In this document: positions 28,776-38,551 of the stretch, piece by piece | How the letters are laid out: each line of letters begins with the position of its first letter | How positions within the stretch are numbered: the first letter of the stretch is position 1 | Assembly (NCBI GenBank): GCA_003973385.1 | Contig: QNYK01000090.1 | Coordinates: 10,345 to 74,344, forward strand | Direction: 5' to 3' | DNA: 64,000 bases | Origin: Bacillota bacterium | GTDB taxonomy: Bacteria > Planctomycetota > UBA8108 > UBA1146 | The notes under the pieces: generated by a model | Database searches by the model: none | What the model saw: only the letters and a program-made list of their open reading frames with translations | Told to the model about the DNA's origin: nothing | Made by a program: the position numbers and the translations under genes

Positions 28776-29455
28776 GAGGAGGCCATTCTGTTGAAGACCT
28801 CGAGTAGATTTGCAGCGAGCACGGTTTCCACCTCATCGAAACGAGGCGCCGTGCCCAGTTCCTGCTCCATGGAAGTGAAGGGGCAGTCGTGGATCCCGCA
28901 CGGAACGATCCAGCGAAACGGCGAAAGATCGCCCGAGATACAGAGCGCAGAACCGTGACCCGTGACCCAGCGACGGACGCTCATCCCGATGCAGGCAATC
29001 TTCCTGTGCTGGACCCAGACTCCCGTGTGGTCGGAATCCGTTCTCGATTCGATGCCCCACTGATCGAGAGTGGTGACGATGGCGGATTCCAGAGCCCGGA
29101 GCAGGCGGTGCAGATCGCGCTCCTGGGGCCTCAGGCGAAGCACTGGATAGGCGATCAACTGGCCGGGGCCGTGGTAGGTCGCTTCACCACCTCGATCGAC
29201 CGATTGGATGGTAACCCCTCGCGTTTTCAAGGTCTCTTCATCGACGAGCAGGTCGCCGTCAGAACTCTTGCTGCCGAGAGTGATCACGGCAGAGGGCTCG
29301 AACAGCAGCAGGGTTTCAACCGCAGTGGATCGAGCATCTGCCAGTTGGCCCTGTAAATTCAGCATCTGCTGATGGGCATCCTCGAACCTCCTGGACCCGA
29401 GGTGTCGGACAGTGACGGGCTGCATGATCACCGATTGGGAACTTCCGACTTCCAT
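28772..29455 (-). CDS. lipB: Lipoyl(octanoyl) transferase
   Basis: 'DRGGEATYHGPGQLIAYP...HRKIACIGMSVRRWVTGHG'. ATGA overlap with lipA. Confidence 0.9.
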   Translation of the reverse strand: MEVGSSQSVIMQPVTVRHLGSRRFEDAHQQMLNLQGQLADARSTAVETLLLFEPSAVITLGSKSSDGDLLVDEETLKTRGVTIQSVDRGGEATYHGPGQLIAYPVLRLRPQERDLHRLLRALESAIVTTLDQWGIESRTDSDHTGVWVQHRKIACIGMSVRRWVTGHGSALCISGDLSPFRWIVPCGIHDCPFTSMEQELGTAPRFDEVETVLAANLLEVFNRMASS

Positions 29456-29457
29456 GA

Positions 29458-31185
29458 CTATACCAGCGAGTATTCCTCGAAGTTCTCGAGGTTCTTCTTC
29501 ACCTGGGCCATGAACTGATCCGCGAGGGCGCCATCGACGAGTCTGTGGTCATAGGAGAGGCACAGGTAGGTCATGTCCCGGATCGCGATCTTGTCTCCAT
29601 CGACGACAACGGGGCGCTTCTCGATACCGCCGATGCCGAGGATCGCCACCTGGGGCTGATTGATGATCGGGATGCCGAAGAGGCCTCCGAACTGGCCGGG
29701 GTTCGTGATGGTGAAGGTGCCCCCCGTGACCTCATCGGGAAGCAGTTGCTTGCCCCGTGCGCGAATAGCCAGGTCGGTGACAGATTTCTGGATCCCCGAG
29801 ATGGAAAGGTCCTGAACATTCTTGATGACCGGAACGATCAGGCCGTTATCGAGCGCCACAGCGATTCCCATGTTGACGGAGTGATGAACCAGAATTTCAT
29901 CGCCGTCGATGGAAGCGTTGACATGGGGAAAGATGCGAAGCGCATCGCTACACGCCTTGATAAAGAAGGGCATGAAGGTGAGCTTGGTTCCGTTGGAGTT
30001 CAGGAATTCGTTTTTATTGCGAGTACGCATCGAGACGATTTCTGTCATGTCAGCCTCGAAGACCGAGTGCACATGAGCCGAGGTGCGGCGTGACTCGATC
30101 ATGTGCTCGGCGATCTTTCGCCGCATCACCGACATCTTCTCGACGGTGACTTCGCCGGAAGATCCAGGTCGAGTGGCAGATGGGCTCGCTGCTGGCGTGG
30201 CAGCGGCTTCTTGCTGCTGCACCTGCTTGACCCCGGGTGCGGATGGATCACCGATGAAGCCCAGGATATCCCCCTTGGTCACGCGGCCACCGGCACCGGT
30301 ACCCGTGATGACCGAGAGATCCGCGATACCGTGTTCCCTGGCGATCTTGCGCACGAGTGGAGAAGACCGCACTCTTCGCGCATCGCCATCGGTGGAGCCC
30401 GTTGCTGGTGACTGAATCGCCACGGCAGGGGTCTCTGTGACGGCTTCACCCTGTGAGGGGGGCGAATCTGGAGTGCTCTGTGAGGCAGCATCGGCCTGGT
30501 CCTGAGTCGTCGACGCGATGGGTGCCGTGGAATCGGATGCGATCCGGGCCACGATGGTGTTGACGTCGACGGTGGCTCCCTCGGCAACCAGAACCTCCGC
30601 GAGCACGCCATCTGCAGGGGAGGGGACCTCTGCGTCCACCTTGTCGGTGGAGATCTCGAACAGCGGTTCGTCTCGAGAGACGCTGTCGCCGGGGTTCTTG
30701 AACCATCGAGTCAGGGTTCCCTCGGCAATCGACTCGCCCATCTGTGGCATCGGAATATCGATCAACTCGGCGCCACCTTTCGCAGCAGATTCGACCGTCG
30801 CCACGGCAGGCTCTGCAGTTCGCACCTGTTCCGCTGCTTCTTCTGGCTCTGCTTCCCGTGGCAGATCAGCGGTCGGCTGTGAGGGGCTCTCGACGGCTGG
30901 ATTCACGGTGCTGCTGGACTCCGCCGGCGTGTCGATGGCGACGCCTGATCCGTCACCGATCAGTGCGACGATGGTATTGACCTCGACGGTGCTTCCCTCC
31001 TCGACGAGCACCTTCTCCAGCACACCATCCGCAGGTGCGGGAACCTCTGCATCGACCTTGTCGGTGGAGATCTCGAAGAGCGGCTCATCTCTGACCACCG
31101 TGTCGCCTGGTTTCTTGAACCAGCGGGTCAGGGTGCCTTCCGCGATGGATTCGCCCATCTGCGGCATCGTGACTTCGATTGCCAT
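29458..31185 (-). CDS. 2-oxoacid dehydrogenase E2 (dihydrolipoamide acyltransferase) with two lipoyl domains
   Basis: ATG 31185 follows GGAGG. 'MPQMGESIAEGTLTRWFK...EISTDKVDAEVP' occurs twice. A peripheral-subunit-binding 'SPLVRKIAREHG' and the catalytic 'LSYDHRLVDGA' follow. Confidence 0.92.
   Translation of the reverse strand: MAIEVTMPQMGESIAEGTLTRWFKKPGDTVVRDEPLFEISTDKVDAEVPAPADGVLEKVLVEEGSTVEVNTIVALIGDGSGVAIDTPAESSSTVNPAVESPSQPTADLPREAEPEEAAEQVRTAEPAVATVESAAKGGAELIDIPMPQMGESIAEGTLTRWFKNPGDSVSRDEPLFEISTDKVDAEVPSPADGVLAEVLVAEGATVDVNTIVARIASDSTAPIASTTQDQADAASQSTPDSPPSQGEAVTETPAVAIQSPATGSTDGDARRVRSSPLVRKIAREHGIADLSVITGTGAGGRVTKGDILGFIGDPSAPGVKQVQQQEAAATPAASPSATRPGSSGEVTVEKMSVMRRKIAEHMIESRRTSAHVHSVFEADMTEIVSMRTRNKNEFLNSNGTKLTFMPFFIKACSDALRIFPHVNASIDGDEILVHHSVNMGIAVALDNGLIVPVIKNVQDLSISGIQKSVTDLAIRARGKQLLPDEVTGGTFTITNPGQFGGLFGIPIINQPQVAILGIGGIEKRPVVVDGDKIAIRDMTYLCLSYDHRLVDGALADQFMAQVKKNLENFEEYSLV
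30547..30750 (-). repeat. Lipoyl-domain coding repeat, copy 2
   Basis: Offset 417 nt (139 codons) from copy 1. The DNA is visibly similar over long runs, for example CCTTGTCGGTGGAGATCTCGAA in both copies. Confidence 0.85.
30964..31167 (-). repeat. Lipoyl-domain coding repeat, copy 1
   Basis: See copy 2. The peptide identity is high ('MPQMGESIAEGTLTRWFK(K/N)PGD..V.RDEPLFEISTDKVDAEVP.PADGVL'). Confidence 0.85.
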
Positions 31186-31449
31186 CGGCGTAGTTCCTCC
31201 TACAGAGGGGGCGTGGCCCCACGCCACGGAATTGAGAAGTCTACACGGGAAGTGGGGTTCGATGAAGTGAACCCCGCGGCGTACGGGCCTCTCAAGGGTG
31301 AGATGGCACCTGTTTGAGGATTTTCCCCGACCGCTAGGGGTACCGATCCAGCAGGCGAGAGGGGTCAACATTGCAGATCCCGATCCAGGGTGGGATCGGA
31401 CTTTCGCCACCTGGGAGTGACGGCACCATCAGGAGTGCTCGGAAAATCG

Positions 31450-32427
31450 TTACCAGCTGGCGAGGGAGCGCACCGATTCGAGGATGTCGTCCTCTCCGGG
31501 TAACGAAGCATCCTCGAGCGAGCCAGCGTAAGGGATGGGAATGTCGAGAGCGGCGAGTCTACGAACAGGAGCATCGAGGTCCTCGAAGCAGTGTTCCGAA
31601 ATCCGGGCCGAGATCTCTGCTCCGGCTCCGCCAGTGAGATTGTCCTCGTGGACGATGAGCACCCTGCCGGTCTTGCTGGCGCTTCGATAGATCGCTTCGA
31701 GGTCGAGTGGGCACAGAGATCTGAGGTCAAGAATCTCGCACTGGATTCCCTCTTCTGCTGCGCGATCGGCAGCAGCGCTACAACGATGCAGCATCGCTCC
31801 CCAGCTGAAGATGGAAAGGTGGTCACCTTCTCGCCGCAGCGCAGCAACACCTGGCGGTACCGGTGCAGCGGTTTCATCCAGGGTGTCCTTGAGTGTCCGA
31901 TAGAGTGCTTTCTGTTCGAGGAAGATCACGGGATCCGGATCCTCGATGGCTCCCAGCAGCATCGTGTAGGCATCGGAAACGGTGGAGGGGACGACAATCT
32001 TCAATCCAGGAGTGTTGAGGAAGAAGGACTCCACCATCTGGCTATGGAAGGGACCAGCATGGACGCCTCCACCGGCAGGGCCGCGGATGACGATGGGTAC
32101 CGATTGCCCCCAGCGAAAGTGGCAAGTTGCTGCAAAATTGGTCAGCTGATTGAATGCGCACGAGATGAAATCGATGAACTGCATCTCGACGATGGGTCTG
32201 AGCCCTGCCATTCCGGAGCCGATGGCTGCTCCGACAAGGCCCGTTTCGACGATGGGAGTATCGATGATCCGATCCGGACCAAATCGTTCGAGAAAACCCC
32301 GGGTCAACTTGAAAGCGCCGCCATATGTGGCGATGTCTTGCCCCAGAAGCACCACGCGCGGATCGTCCTCAAGAGAGTGCTCGAGGGCCTTTCTGAGCGC
32401 TTCGAGGTAGGTGATCTGCTCTGACAA
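31450..32427 (-). CDS. Alpha-ketoacid dehydrogenase E1 component, beta subunit (stand-alone)
   Basis: 'LLGQDIATYGGAFKLTRGFLERFGPDRIIDTPIVETGLVGAAIGSGMAGLRPIVEMQFIDF' is typical E1beta. Confidence 0.92.
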   Translation of the reverse strand: MSEQITYLEALRKALEHSLEDDPRVVLLGQDIATYGGAFKLTRGFLERFGPDRIIDTPIVETGLVGAAIGSGMAGLRPIVEMQFIDFISCAFNQLTNFAATCHFRWGQSVPIVIRGPAGGGVHAGPFHSQMVESFFLNTPGLKIVVPSTVSDAYTMLLGAIEDPDPVIFLEQKALYRTLKDTLDETAAPVPPGVAALRREGDHLSIFSWGAMLHRCSAAADRAAEEGIQCEILDLRSLCPLDLEAIYRSASKTGRVLIVHEDNLTGGAGAEISARISEHCFEDLDAPVRRLAALDIPIPYAGSLEDASLPGEDDILESVRSLASW

Positions 32428-32439
32428 AGAGAGCCCTTC

Positions 32440-33855
32440 CTACATGTGGATGGCGCCGCCGACGAGTCCGTGCGCAGCTTCCATCATTCCTTCCCCGAGG
32501 GTTGGATGCGGATGGATCACATGGGCCAGATCTTCCGCAGTGCCTTCGAGGCCGAGGATCGCGCACCCTTCGCTGATCAAGTCGGTGGCGTGGGGACCGA
32601 TGATGTGTACACCGAGGATTTCTCCGTAGCGAGCTTCCGCGATGATCTTGAAGAAACCGGGTACGGCCTTGGCGACGATTCCAGCCTTACCGAGTGCCGA
32701 GAGAGGAAAACTGGAGACCTTGATCTCCATGCCCGCTTCTCGCGCGGCACTCTCTGTCAGTCCGACGCTCGCCACCTCCGGGTGGCAATAGGTTGCGTTG
32801 GGGACACGATCATTTCGGATCGGCTGGGGGGTGAGGCCATGAATGCTCTCGACGGCGATGATTCCCTCCGCGCTGGCAACATGAGCGAGTTGAGGAGTTC
32901 CGAGTACGATGTCGCCGATGGCATAGATATTGGGACGTGATGTGCTTTGATCCGGTTGGACGGGAATGTAGCCGCGATCGACCTTGATCCCGACCTGGTC
33001 CAGTTTCAGGGAGTCAGTCACTGGTTTACGGCCCACCGCGCAAAGCAATAGATCTGCCTCGATCGTCTCTTCTTCGCCGGATTCTGGCTTCAGCACGATC
33101 TGCACTCCGGAGTCAGTGGCAGTGGCTTTTTCGAGGCTGGTCGAGATGCGACTCTCGATGCCCCGCTTCTTGAACGCTTTCAGCAACTCTGCCGAGCAAT
33201 CGCGGTCCTCGACGGGAAGCAGCCTGTCGAGCATCTCGACCAGAATCACCTCACTGCCGAAGGAACAAAGAATGGATGCGAACTCGGCGCCTACGGCACC
33301 GGCTCCGAGGACAACGACCTTCGATGGAACATGATCGAGTCGAAGCGCTTCATCACTTGTGATGATGAAGGGGCTTGAGAAGTCCAGGAATCCAGGCCTC
33401 GCCGGTACAGAACCGGTCGCAAGGATGATGTGACTCGCCTCGATCACTTTTTCAGTCGTTTCGTCGATGACCACGCGCACGGTGTTGAGACCATCGAGTC
33501 GTCCGGTGCCTTGCACCGTGGTGATGCCATTTTTCTTCAGGAGGTACTGGACCCCCTTGGCGTTCTTGGTCACGACGCGCTTCTGGAATGACAGAACAGC
33601 ACTGACATCGACCTCTGCTTCTGGAATGTGAATTCCGAAGTAGGAACTCTCCCGGGCGGTGTCGAGTACATGTGCGCTCTGAAGCAGAGCCTTGGTCGGG
33701 ATACAGCCACGGTGCAAGCAGGTCCCACCTGGCATCGGATCCTTCTCGACCAGCACCGTATTGAGTCCCAGTTGTCCTGCCCGGATGGCGGCGACATAAC
33801 CGCCGGGACCTCCCCCGATGATCGCCACATCGAAATTGCCGATCTTCTCGACCAT
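32440..33855 (-). CDS. lpdA: Dihydrolipoyl dehydrogenase (E3)
   Basis: 'DVAIIGGGPGGYVAAIRAGQLG' and the redox disulfide 'GGTCLHRGCIPTK'. The start is taken at 'MVEKIG' (33855). The track ORF begins at 33900. Confidence 0.93.
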   Translation of the reverse strand: MVEKIGNFDVAIIGGGPGGYVAAIRAGQLGLNTVLVEKDPMPGGTCLHRGCIPTKALLQSAHVLDTARESSYFGIHIPEAEVDVSAVLSFQKRVVTKNAKGVQYLLKKNGITTVQGTGRLDGLNTVRVVIDETTEKVIEASHIILATGSVPARPGFLDFSSPFIITSDEALRLDHVPSKVVVLGAGAVGAEFASILCSFGSEVILVEMLDRLLPVEDRDCSAELLKAFKKRGIESRISTSLEKATATDSGVQIVLKPESGEEETIEADLLLCAVGRKPVTDSLKLDQVGIKVDRGYIPVQPDQSTSRPNIYAIGDIVLGTPQLAHVASAEGIIAVESIHGLTPQPIRNDRVPNATYCHPEVASVGLTESAAREAGMEIKVSSFPLSALGKAGIVAKAVPGFFKIIAEARYGEILGVHIIGPHATDLISEGCAILGLEGTAEDLAHVIHPHPTLGEGMMEAAHGLVGGAIHM

Positions 33856-34131
33856 CTGTCGATTTCCCTTCTCGTCAACGGATGTTTCCCCTGCGGCCAC
33901 TGGAGCCGCGTGGAACAGCGGCTGCGGTTCTTGCGCGATTCATTCAGCAGCAAGCAGATGAGGGGACGATACCCGGAGAACCCCTTTGCCATCCAGCAAA
34001 GCGGGAAACGAGGGGTCGCGTTGAATGGCACACCGCTCGCCTCTAGAATGCCCCCTATCGGTGCCTATCCAGGCCCCGAAAGCCCATGAACCCTTCCCCG
34101 AGGAAGAGTTCCTCGACAGGTCAGGACCAGC

Positions 34132-36294
34132 ATGTCGATCCAGAGCCAGCAGCCAGCCAATCGAAGAGGACGGCCTCGCAAGGATAGAAGCGAGCAGATC
34201 CGCATCGGCGGACTCGATCGCAGCGAGTTGCTGGCGCTGTATCGGAATATGTTTCTCAGTCGGGAGATCGATGACGAGGAGATCCGCCTCAAGGGCAAGG
34301 GTCAGATCTATTTCCAGATCAACGGTTGCGGTCATGAGGCGGTGAATACTGCGCTCGGGATGGTTCTCAAGGCTGGCAAGGACTGGTTCTTTCCCTACTA
34401 CAGGGATAGAGCCTTGATGCTGCAGCTCGGCCTGAGCCCCGTGGAGATGCTGAAGACGGCGACTGCCGCCTGGGATGAGCCAGCAGGAGCAGGACGTCAG
34501 ATGCCATCTCACTGGGGAAGCGAACGGTTGCAGGTGGTCAATCAGTCCTCCTGCACTGGCAGTCAATGCCTCCATGCAGTCGGTTGTGCCGAGGCATGGA
34601 TGAAAGGGGCTCGAAGTGAGTCATTACAGGCATCCATTCGAAACTGGACCGAAGGAGAAATCGCATTTGTTTCGATAGGAGAAGGGACCACCAGTGAGGG
34701 AGAATTCTGGGAAGCTCTGAGCACTGCCTGCAATCTGGATCTTCCCGTGTTGTTCGTGGTCGAGGACAACGGCTATGCCATCAGCGTCCCGGTCGAGGTC
34801 AACACACCGGGAGGTTCCATTTCGAAACTGGTGCTGGGTTTTCCGGGTCTCGATGTCCACGAGGTAGATGGTTGTGATCCTGTCGAATGCTATTCGCTGC
34901 TGAAGGATGTCGTCTCGGACATGCGAAATGGAAACGGCCCGGCCCTCGTCCATGCTCATGTTGTGAGGCCCTACAGCCATAGTCTCTCCGATGACGAGAG
35001 TTCCTATCGCTCCGCTCAGGAGCGACAAGCAGATGCTCTCAAGGACCCCCTCTACGCCTTCCCACGATTCCTCAAGGATCAAGGCGTGGCCACCGAGGAG
35101 GTCCTTGACCAGATTCGCAGCGAGGTGCGTACGCAGGTTCGAAGCGCCTCCGATGAGGCTGTGGCGGTTCCTCAACCGAACCCGGAGACGATCCTCGATC
35201 ACATCTATTCGGAGGAGATCGATCCTACCAGTGCAGATTTCGAGACTCTCCCTGCCGAGGTGGAGGGGGCTCAACCGACGACGATGGTTGACCTGATCAA
35301 CACAGCGTTGCGAGATGAGATGCGGCGTGATCCGAGAATCCATCTGTTTGGCGAAGATGTCGCGGATGCGAGTCGAGCTGAAGTTCTCGACGAGGTGAAG
35401 GGGAAGGGCGGGGTCTTCAAGGCTACCGCAGGTTTGCAGCGGGAGTTCGGAGGCGACCGGGTCTACAATTCTCCGCTCGCGGAGGCGAATATCGTCGGAC
35501 GCGCCATCGGGATGGCCATCCGAGGGCTGAAGCCGGTGGTGGAGATCCAGTTCCTCGATTACATATGGCCCGCTTATCACCAGATAAGGTCTGAACTCGC
35601 GCTGCTTCGATGGCGGTCAGCGGGAATTGATAAGTGTCCCGTCGTCATCCGGGTCGCCAGTGGCGGCTACCTTCGTGGAGGGGCGATTTATCACAGCCAA
35701 TCCGCAGAGACGATGTTCACCCAGATTCCCGGGTTGCGTGTCGTGATGCCGAGTAATGCCACGGATGCCAACGGATTGCTACGCACGGCGATTCGGTGCG
35801 ATGACCCGGTCATCTTCCTCGAGCACAAGCACCTCTATCGACAGACCCACAACAAGGGGGTCAATCCTGGACCGGACTTCATGATTCCATTCGGCAAGGC
35901 CGCTCGCGTGCGTGAGGGGGATCGCCTGACGATTCTCACATATGGTGCGCTGGTGCATCGATGCGTCACCGCTGCCAAGGAGCTGGCGCAGGAGGGGATC
36001 GAGGTGGAGATCATCGATCTCAGAAGCCTGTCTCCCTACGACTGGGAATCGATCAGGGAGGCAGTGATGAGGACTCACAGGCTGCTGATCGTTCACGAAG
36101 AATCTCTCTCCTGGGGATACGGCGCAGAAATCGCTGCTCGGGTCCAGGATGAGCTATTTGACCACCTGGACGCCCCAGTACGCCGTATCGGGGCGATGGA
36201 CTGCTTTGTTGCCTATGCCCCCCAACTCGAGGAAAAGATCCTGCCACAGCCAGAGAATGTGGCACATGCGGCCCGTAATCTGGCATTGTATTAA
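34132..36294 (+). CDS. Fused 2-oxoacid dehydrogenase E1 component, alpha + beta in one polypeptide
   Basis: The N-terminal half is E1alpha-like ('[15 protein letters not shown]...[14 protein letters not shown]'). The C-terminal half is E1beta-like ('HLFGEDVAD...[34 protein letters not shown]'). Confidence 0.9.
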   Translation: MSIQSQQPANRRGRPRKDRSEQIRIGGLDRSELLALYRNMFLSREIDDEEIRLKGKGQIYFQINGCGHEAVNTALGMVLKAGKDWFFPYYRDRALMLQLGLSPVEMLKTATAAWDEPAGAGRQMPSHWGSERLQVVNQSSCTGSQCLHAVGCAEAWMKGARSESLQASIRNWTEGEIAFVSIGEGTTSEGEFWEALSTACNLDLPVLFVVEDNGYAISVPVEVNTPGGSISKLVLGFPGLDVHEVDGCDPVECYSLLKDVVSDMRNGNGPALVHAHVVRPYSHSLSDDESSYRSAQERQADALKDPLYAFPRFLKDQGVATEEVLDQIRSEVRTQVRSASDEAVAVPQPNPETILDHIYSEEIDPTSADFETLPAEVEGAQPTTMVDLINTALRDEMRRDPRIHLFGEDVADASRAEVLDEVKGKGGVFKATAGLQREFGGDRVYNSPLAEANIVGRAIGMAIRGLKPVVEIQFLDYIWPAYHQIRSELALLRWRSAGIDKCPVVIRVASGGYLRGGAIYHSQSAETMFTQIPGLRVVMPSNATDANGLLRTAIRCDDPVIFLEHKHLYRQTHNKGVNPGPDFMIPFGKAARVREGDRLTILTYGALVHRCVTAAKELAQEGIEVEIIDLRSLSPYDWESIREAVMRTHRLLIVHEESLSWGYGAEIAARVQDELFDHLDAPVRRIGAMDCFVAYAPQLEEKILPQPENVAHAARNLALY

Positions 36295-36396
36295 GTGGTG
36301 ATACCGGGGGAACCCGGCGGATTTGTTGCCCGTTGATGGAGTGGGAGCCCCGACACCCGGGGGGTGTTCTGACCACTGATTTGCCAAGGAGATCAA

Positions 36397-38463
36397 TTGC
36401 GAGCGAAGGACGATAGAGACGAGACCCCCGAGGGGGAAGAAAACGGTGAACAGCAAGGCACTGGCTGGAGTCAGCGACCCTGGTTCTGGTTCTTCATCAT
36501 GCTGCTGATCGTCGTGACGATGATGAATCTTTTCAACACCGGAGCCGCTGGAAATGCCCCGGAAGTGGCAGCCTCACGCCTGTTCGAGGAGGCGTCCAAG
36601 GGCAACATCGAGCTGCTGGAGGAGGTCGAGAAGGACGTCTTCGTGGCGACTCTCAGGAGGCCGGTCCAGGTCGAGATTCAGGAACTCTCGGGACCGAGCA
36701 CCGTCGATGCATCGATGTTGAAATCGATCATTCCTCCAGCCCTCAAGGAGAAGTTGTTCGAAGTCACCGAGGCGCGCGGCGATGTGATCTTCAAGTCATC
36801 CAGTGAACCGTTCTGGCAGGTTCTCGTCGGGGGATTGCTTCCGATCATGATCCTCGTCGGATTCTTCTGGTGGATGAGCAACAGAGTGCGCCGCCAGATG
36901 GGGGGGCCTGGGATTTTCGGCAAGTTCGCCAGCAATCAGGCGAAGCGATTCGAGAAGGGGGACGAATCTCTCTCCTTCGACGACGTTGCAGGGTTGAGAA
37001 ATGTGAAGATGGAACTATCCGAGATCGTCGAGTTCTTGCGCGAGCCCGAGCGTTTCACCCAGCTGGGGGCAAAGATCCCGAAGGGAGTACTCCTTGTTGG
37101 GCCACCGGGGACTGGAAAGACCTTGCTCGCCAGAGCAGTTGCCGGCGAAGCAGATGTTCCGTTCTTTTCCATCTCCGGATCAGAGTTCATCGAGTTGTTC
37201 GTCGGTGTGGGGGCATCCCGAGTTCGCGAACTTTTCGAGGAGGCGAAGCGGAACGCACCCTGCATCGTTTTCATCGACGAGATCGATGCGGTCGGGCGAT
37301 CGCGCGGGGCGGGCCTGGGAGGTGGTCACGACGAGAGGGAGCAGACCCTCAACCAAATTCTCTCGGAGATGGATGGTTTCGAATCGAACCAGGCAGTGAT
37401 CGTGCTTGCTGCGACCAATCGACCCGATGTTCTCGACGCTGCCCTGGTCAGGCCCGGCCGATTTGATCGCCAGGTCGTGGTGGAAAGGCCCCAGAAGGAA
37501 GGTCGGCGGGCCATCCTGGAGATCCACACCCGCCACATTCCGCTCGCCAGCGATGTCGACATGGATACCCTCGCGCGAGGCACCATCGGCTTCTCGGGGG
37601 CAGACCTCGAGAATCTCGCCAACGAGGCTGCCCTGATGGCAGCCCGGCGTGGCCACAAGAGGGTCACCCACGGCGATTTCGATCGTGCCAAGGACAAGAT
37701 CCAGCTGGGAACACTTCGAGACGAAGCGATGAGCGAGCGGGAGAAGGAATTGACCGCCTATCATGAGGCGGGGCATGCATTGCTCGCCATGTTGCTACCA
37801 GAGACGGATCCGGTGCACTCGGTGACCATTGTTCCTCGGGGCAGGGCACTGGGCGTCACTCAGCAATTGCCCAGTGAAGAAACCCACAACTACTCTCGGA
37901 CTTATCTTCTCAACAGGATTGCCATCCTGCTTGGCGGCAGAGCAGCGGAGGATCTCGTCTTCCAGGAGTTCACTACCGGAGCGCAAAATGATCTGGAGCA
38001 GGCGACCAGTCTCGCCGAGAGGATGATCTGTCAGTGGGGCATGAGCGATAGGATCGGGCCTGTCACCTTCAAGCGTGGTGAGGAGCATGTGTTCCTCGGC
38101 AGAGAACTGGGCGAATCGAGTCGTATCAGTGAGCATACGGCGATGCTCATCGACGAAGAGATTCGAACGATGCTCGAAGATGGCTATCAGCGCGCCAAGC
38201 TAATCCTGGGAGAATCCCGTGAAAAACTCGAGACGTTGACACGTGAACTGATCGAGAAGGAAGTCCTCAACGACCGCGAGATTTACGACCTTCTGGAGAT
38301 TCCGTTTCCAGATGAACTTGCGGATGCGATCGAACCATCGGCAGAGAAGAGCAACGCGGACAAGCCTCAGAGCAGTCGGGGCGAGTCTTCGGAGGATGCT
38401 TCGGAGGATTCCTCGCTACCGAAGGATATCGATCCAGGCATGCTGGGCCTCGAGGGCTCCTAG
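36397..38463 (+). CDS. ftsH: ATP-dependent zinc metalloprotease FtsH
   Basis: TTG start 5 nt after AAGGAG. Two TM segments, Walker A 'GPPGTGKT', SRH, and the zinc site 'HEAGHAL'. Confidence 0.95.
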   Translation: MRAKDDRDETPEGEENGEQQGTGWSQRPWFWFFIMLLIVVTMMNLFNTGAAGNAPEVAASRLFEEASKGNIELLEEVEKDVFVATLRRPVQVEIQELSGPSTVDASMLKSIIPPALKEKLFEVTEARGDVIFKSSSEPFWQVLVGGLLPIMILVGFFWWMSNRVRRQMGGPGIFGKFASNQAKRFEKGDESLSFDDVAGLRNVKMELSEIVEFLREPERFTQLGAKIPKGVLLVGPPGTGKTLLARAVAGEADVPFFSISGSEFIELFVGVGASRVRELFEEAKRNAPCIVFIDEIDAVGRSRGAGLGGGHDEREQTLNQILSEMDGFESNQAVIVLAATNRPDVLDAALVRPGRFDRQVVVERPQKEGRRAILEIHTRHIPLASDVDMDTLARGTIGFSGADLENLANEAALMAARRGHKRVTHGDFDRAKDKIQLGTLRDEAMSEREKELTAYHEAGHALLAMLLPETDPVHSVTIVPRGRALGVTQQLPSEETHNYSRTYLLNRIAILLGGRAAEDLVFQEFTTGAQNDLEQATSLAERMICQWGMSDRIGPVTFKRGEEHVFLGRELGESSRISEHTAMLIDEEIRTMLEDGYQRAKLILGESREKLETLTRELIEKEVLNDREIYDLLEIPFPDELADAIEPSAEKSNADKPQSSRGESSEDASEDSSLPKDIDPGMLGLEGS

Positions 38464-38551
38464 GGCAGTTCCCATCCCCCTGTGATGTTCTGCGCTGGCG
38501 GGTTGCACCTTCGATACAGGAGGGGCAGCATCTGCAGGGGGGAACGGCGCT

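Noticed and set aside
33940-34575. A minus-strand ORF upstream of lpdA that could have been the missing E1alpha.
   Set aside because: The translation has no TPP-binding or E1alpha motifs. It overlaps the 5' end of the fused E1 alpha/beta gene in antisense, so it is a shadow ORF.
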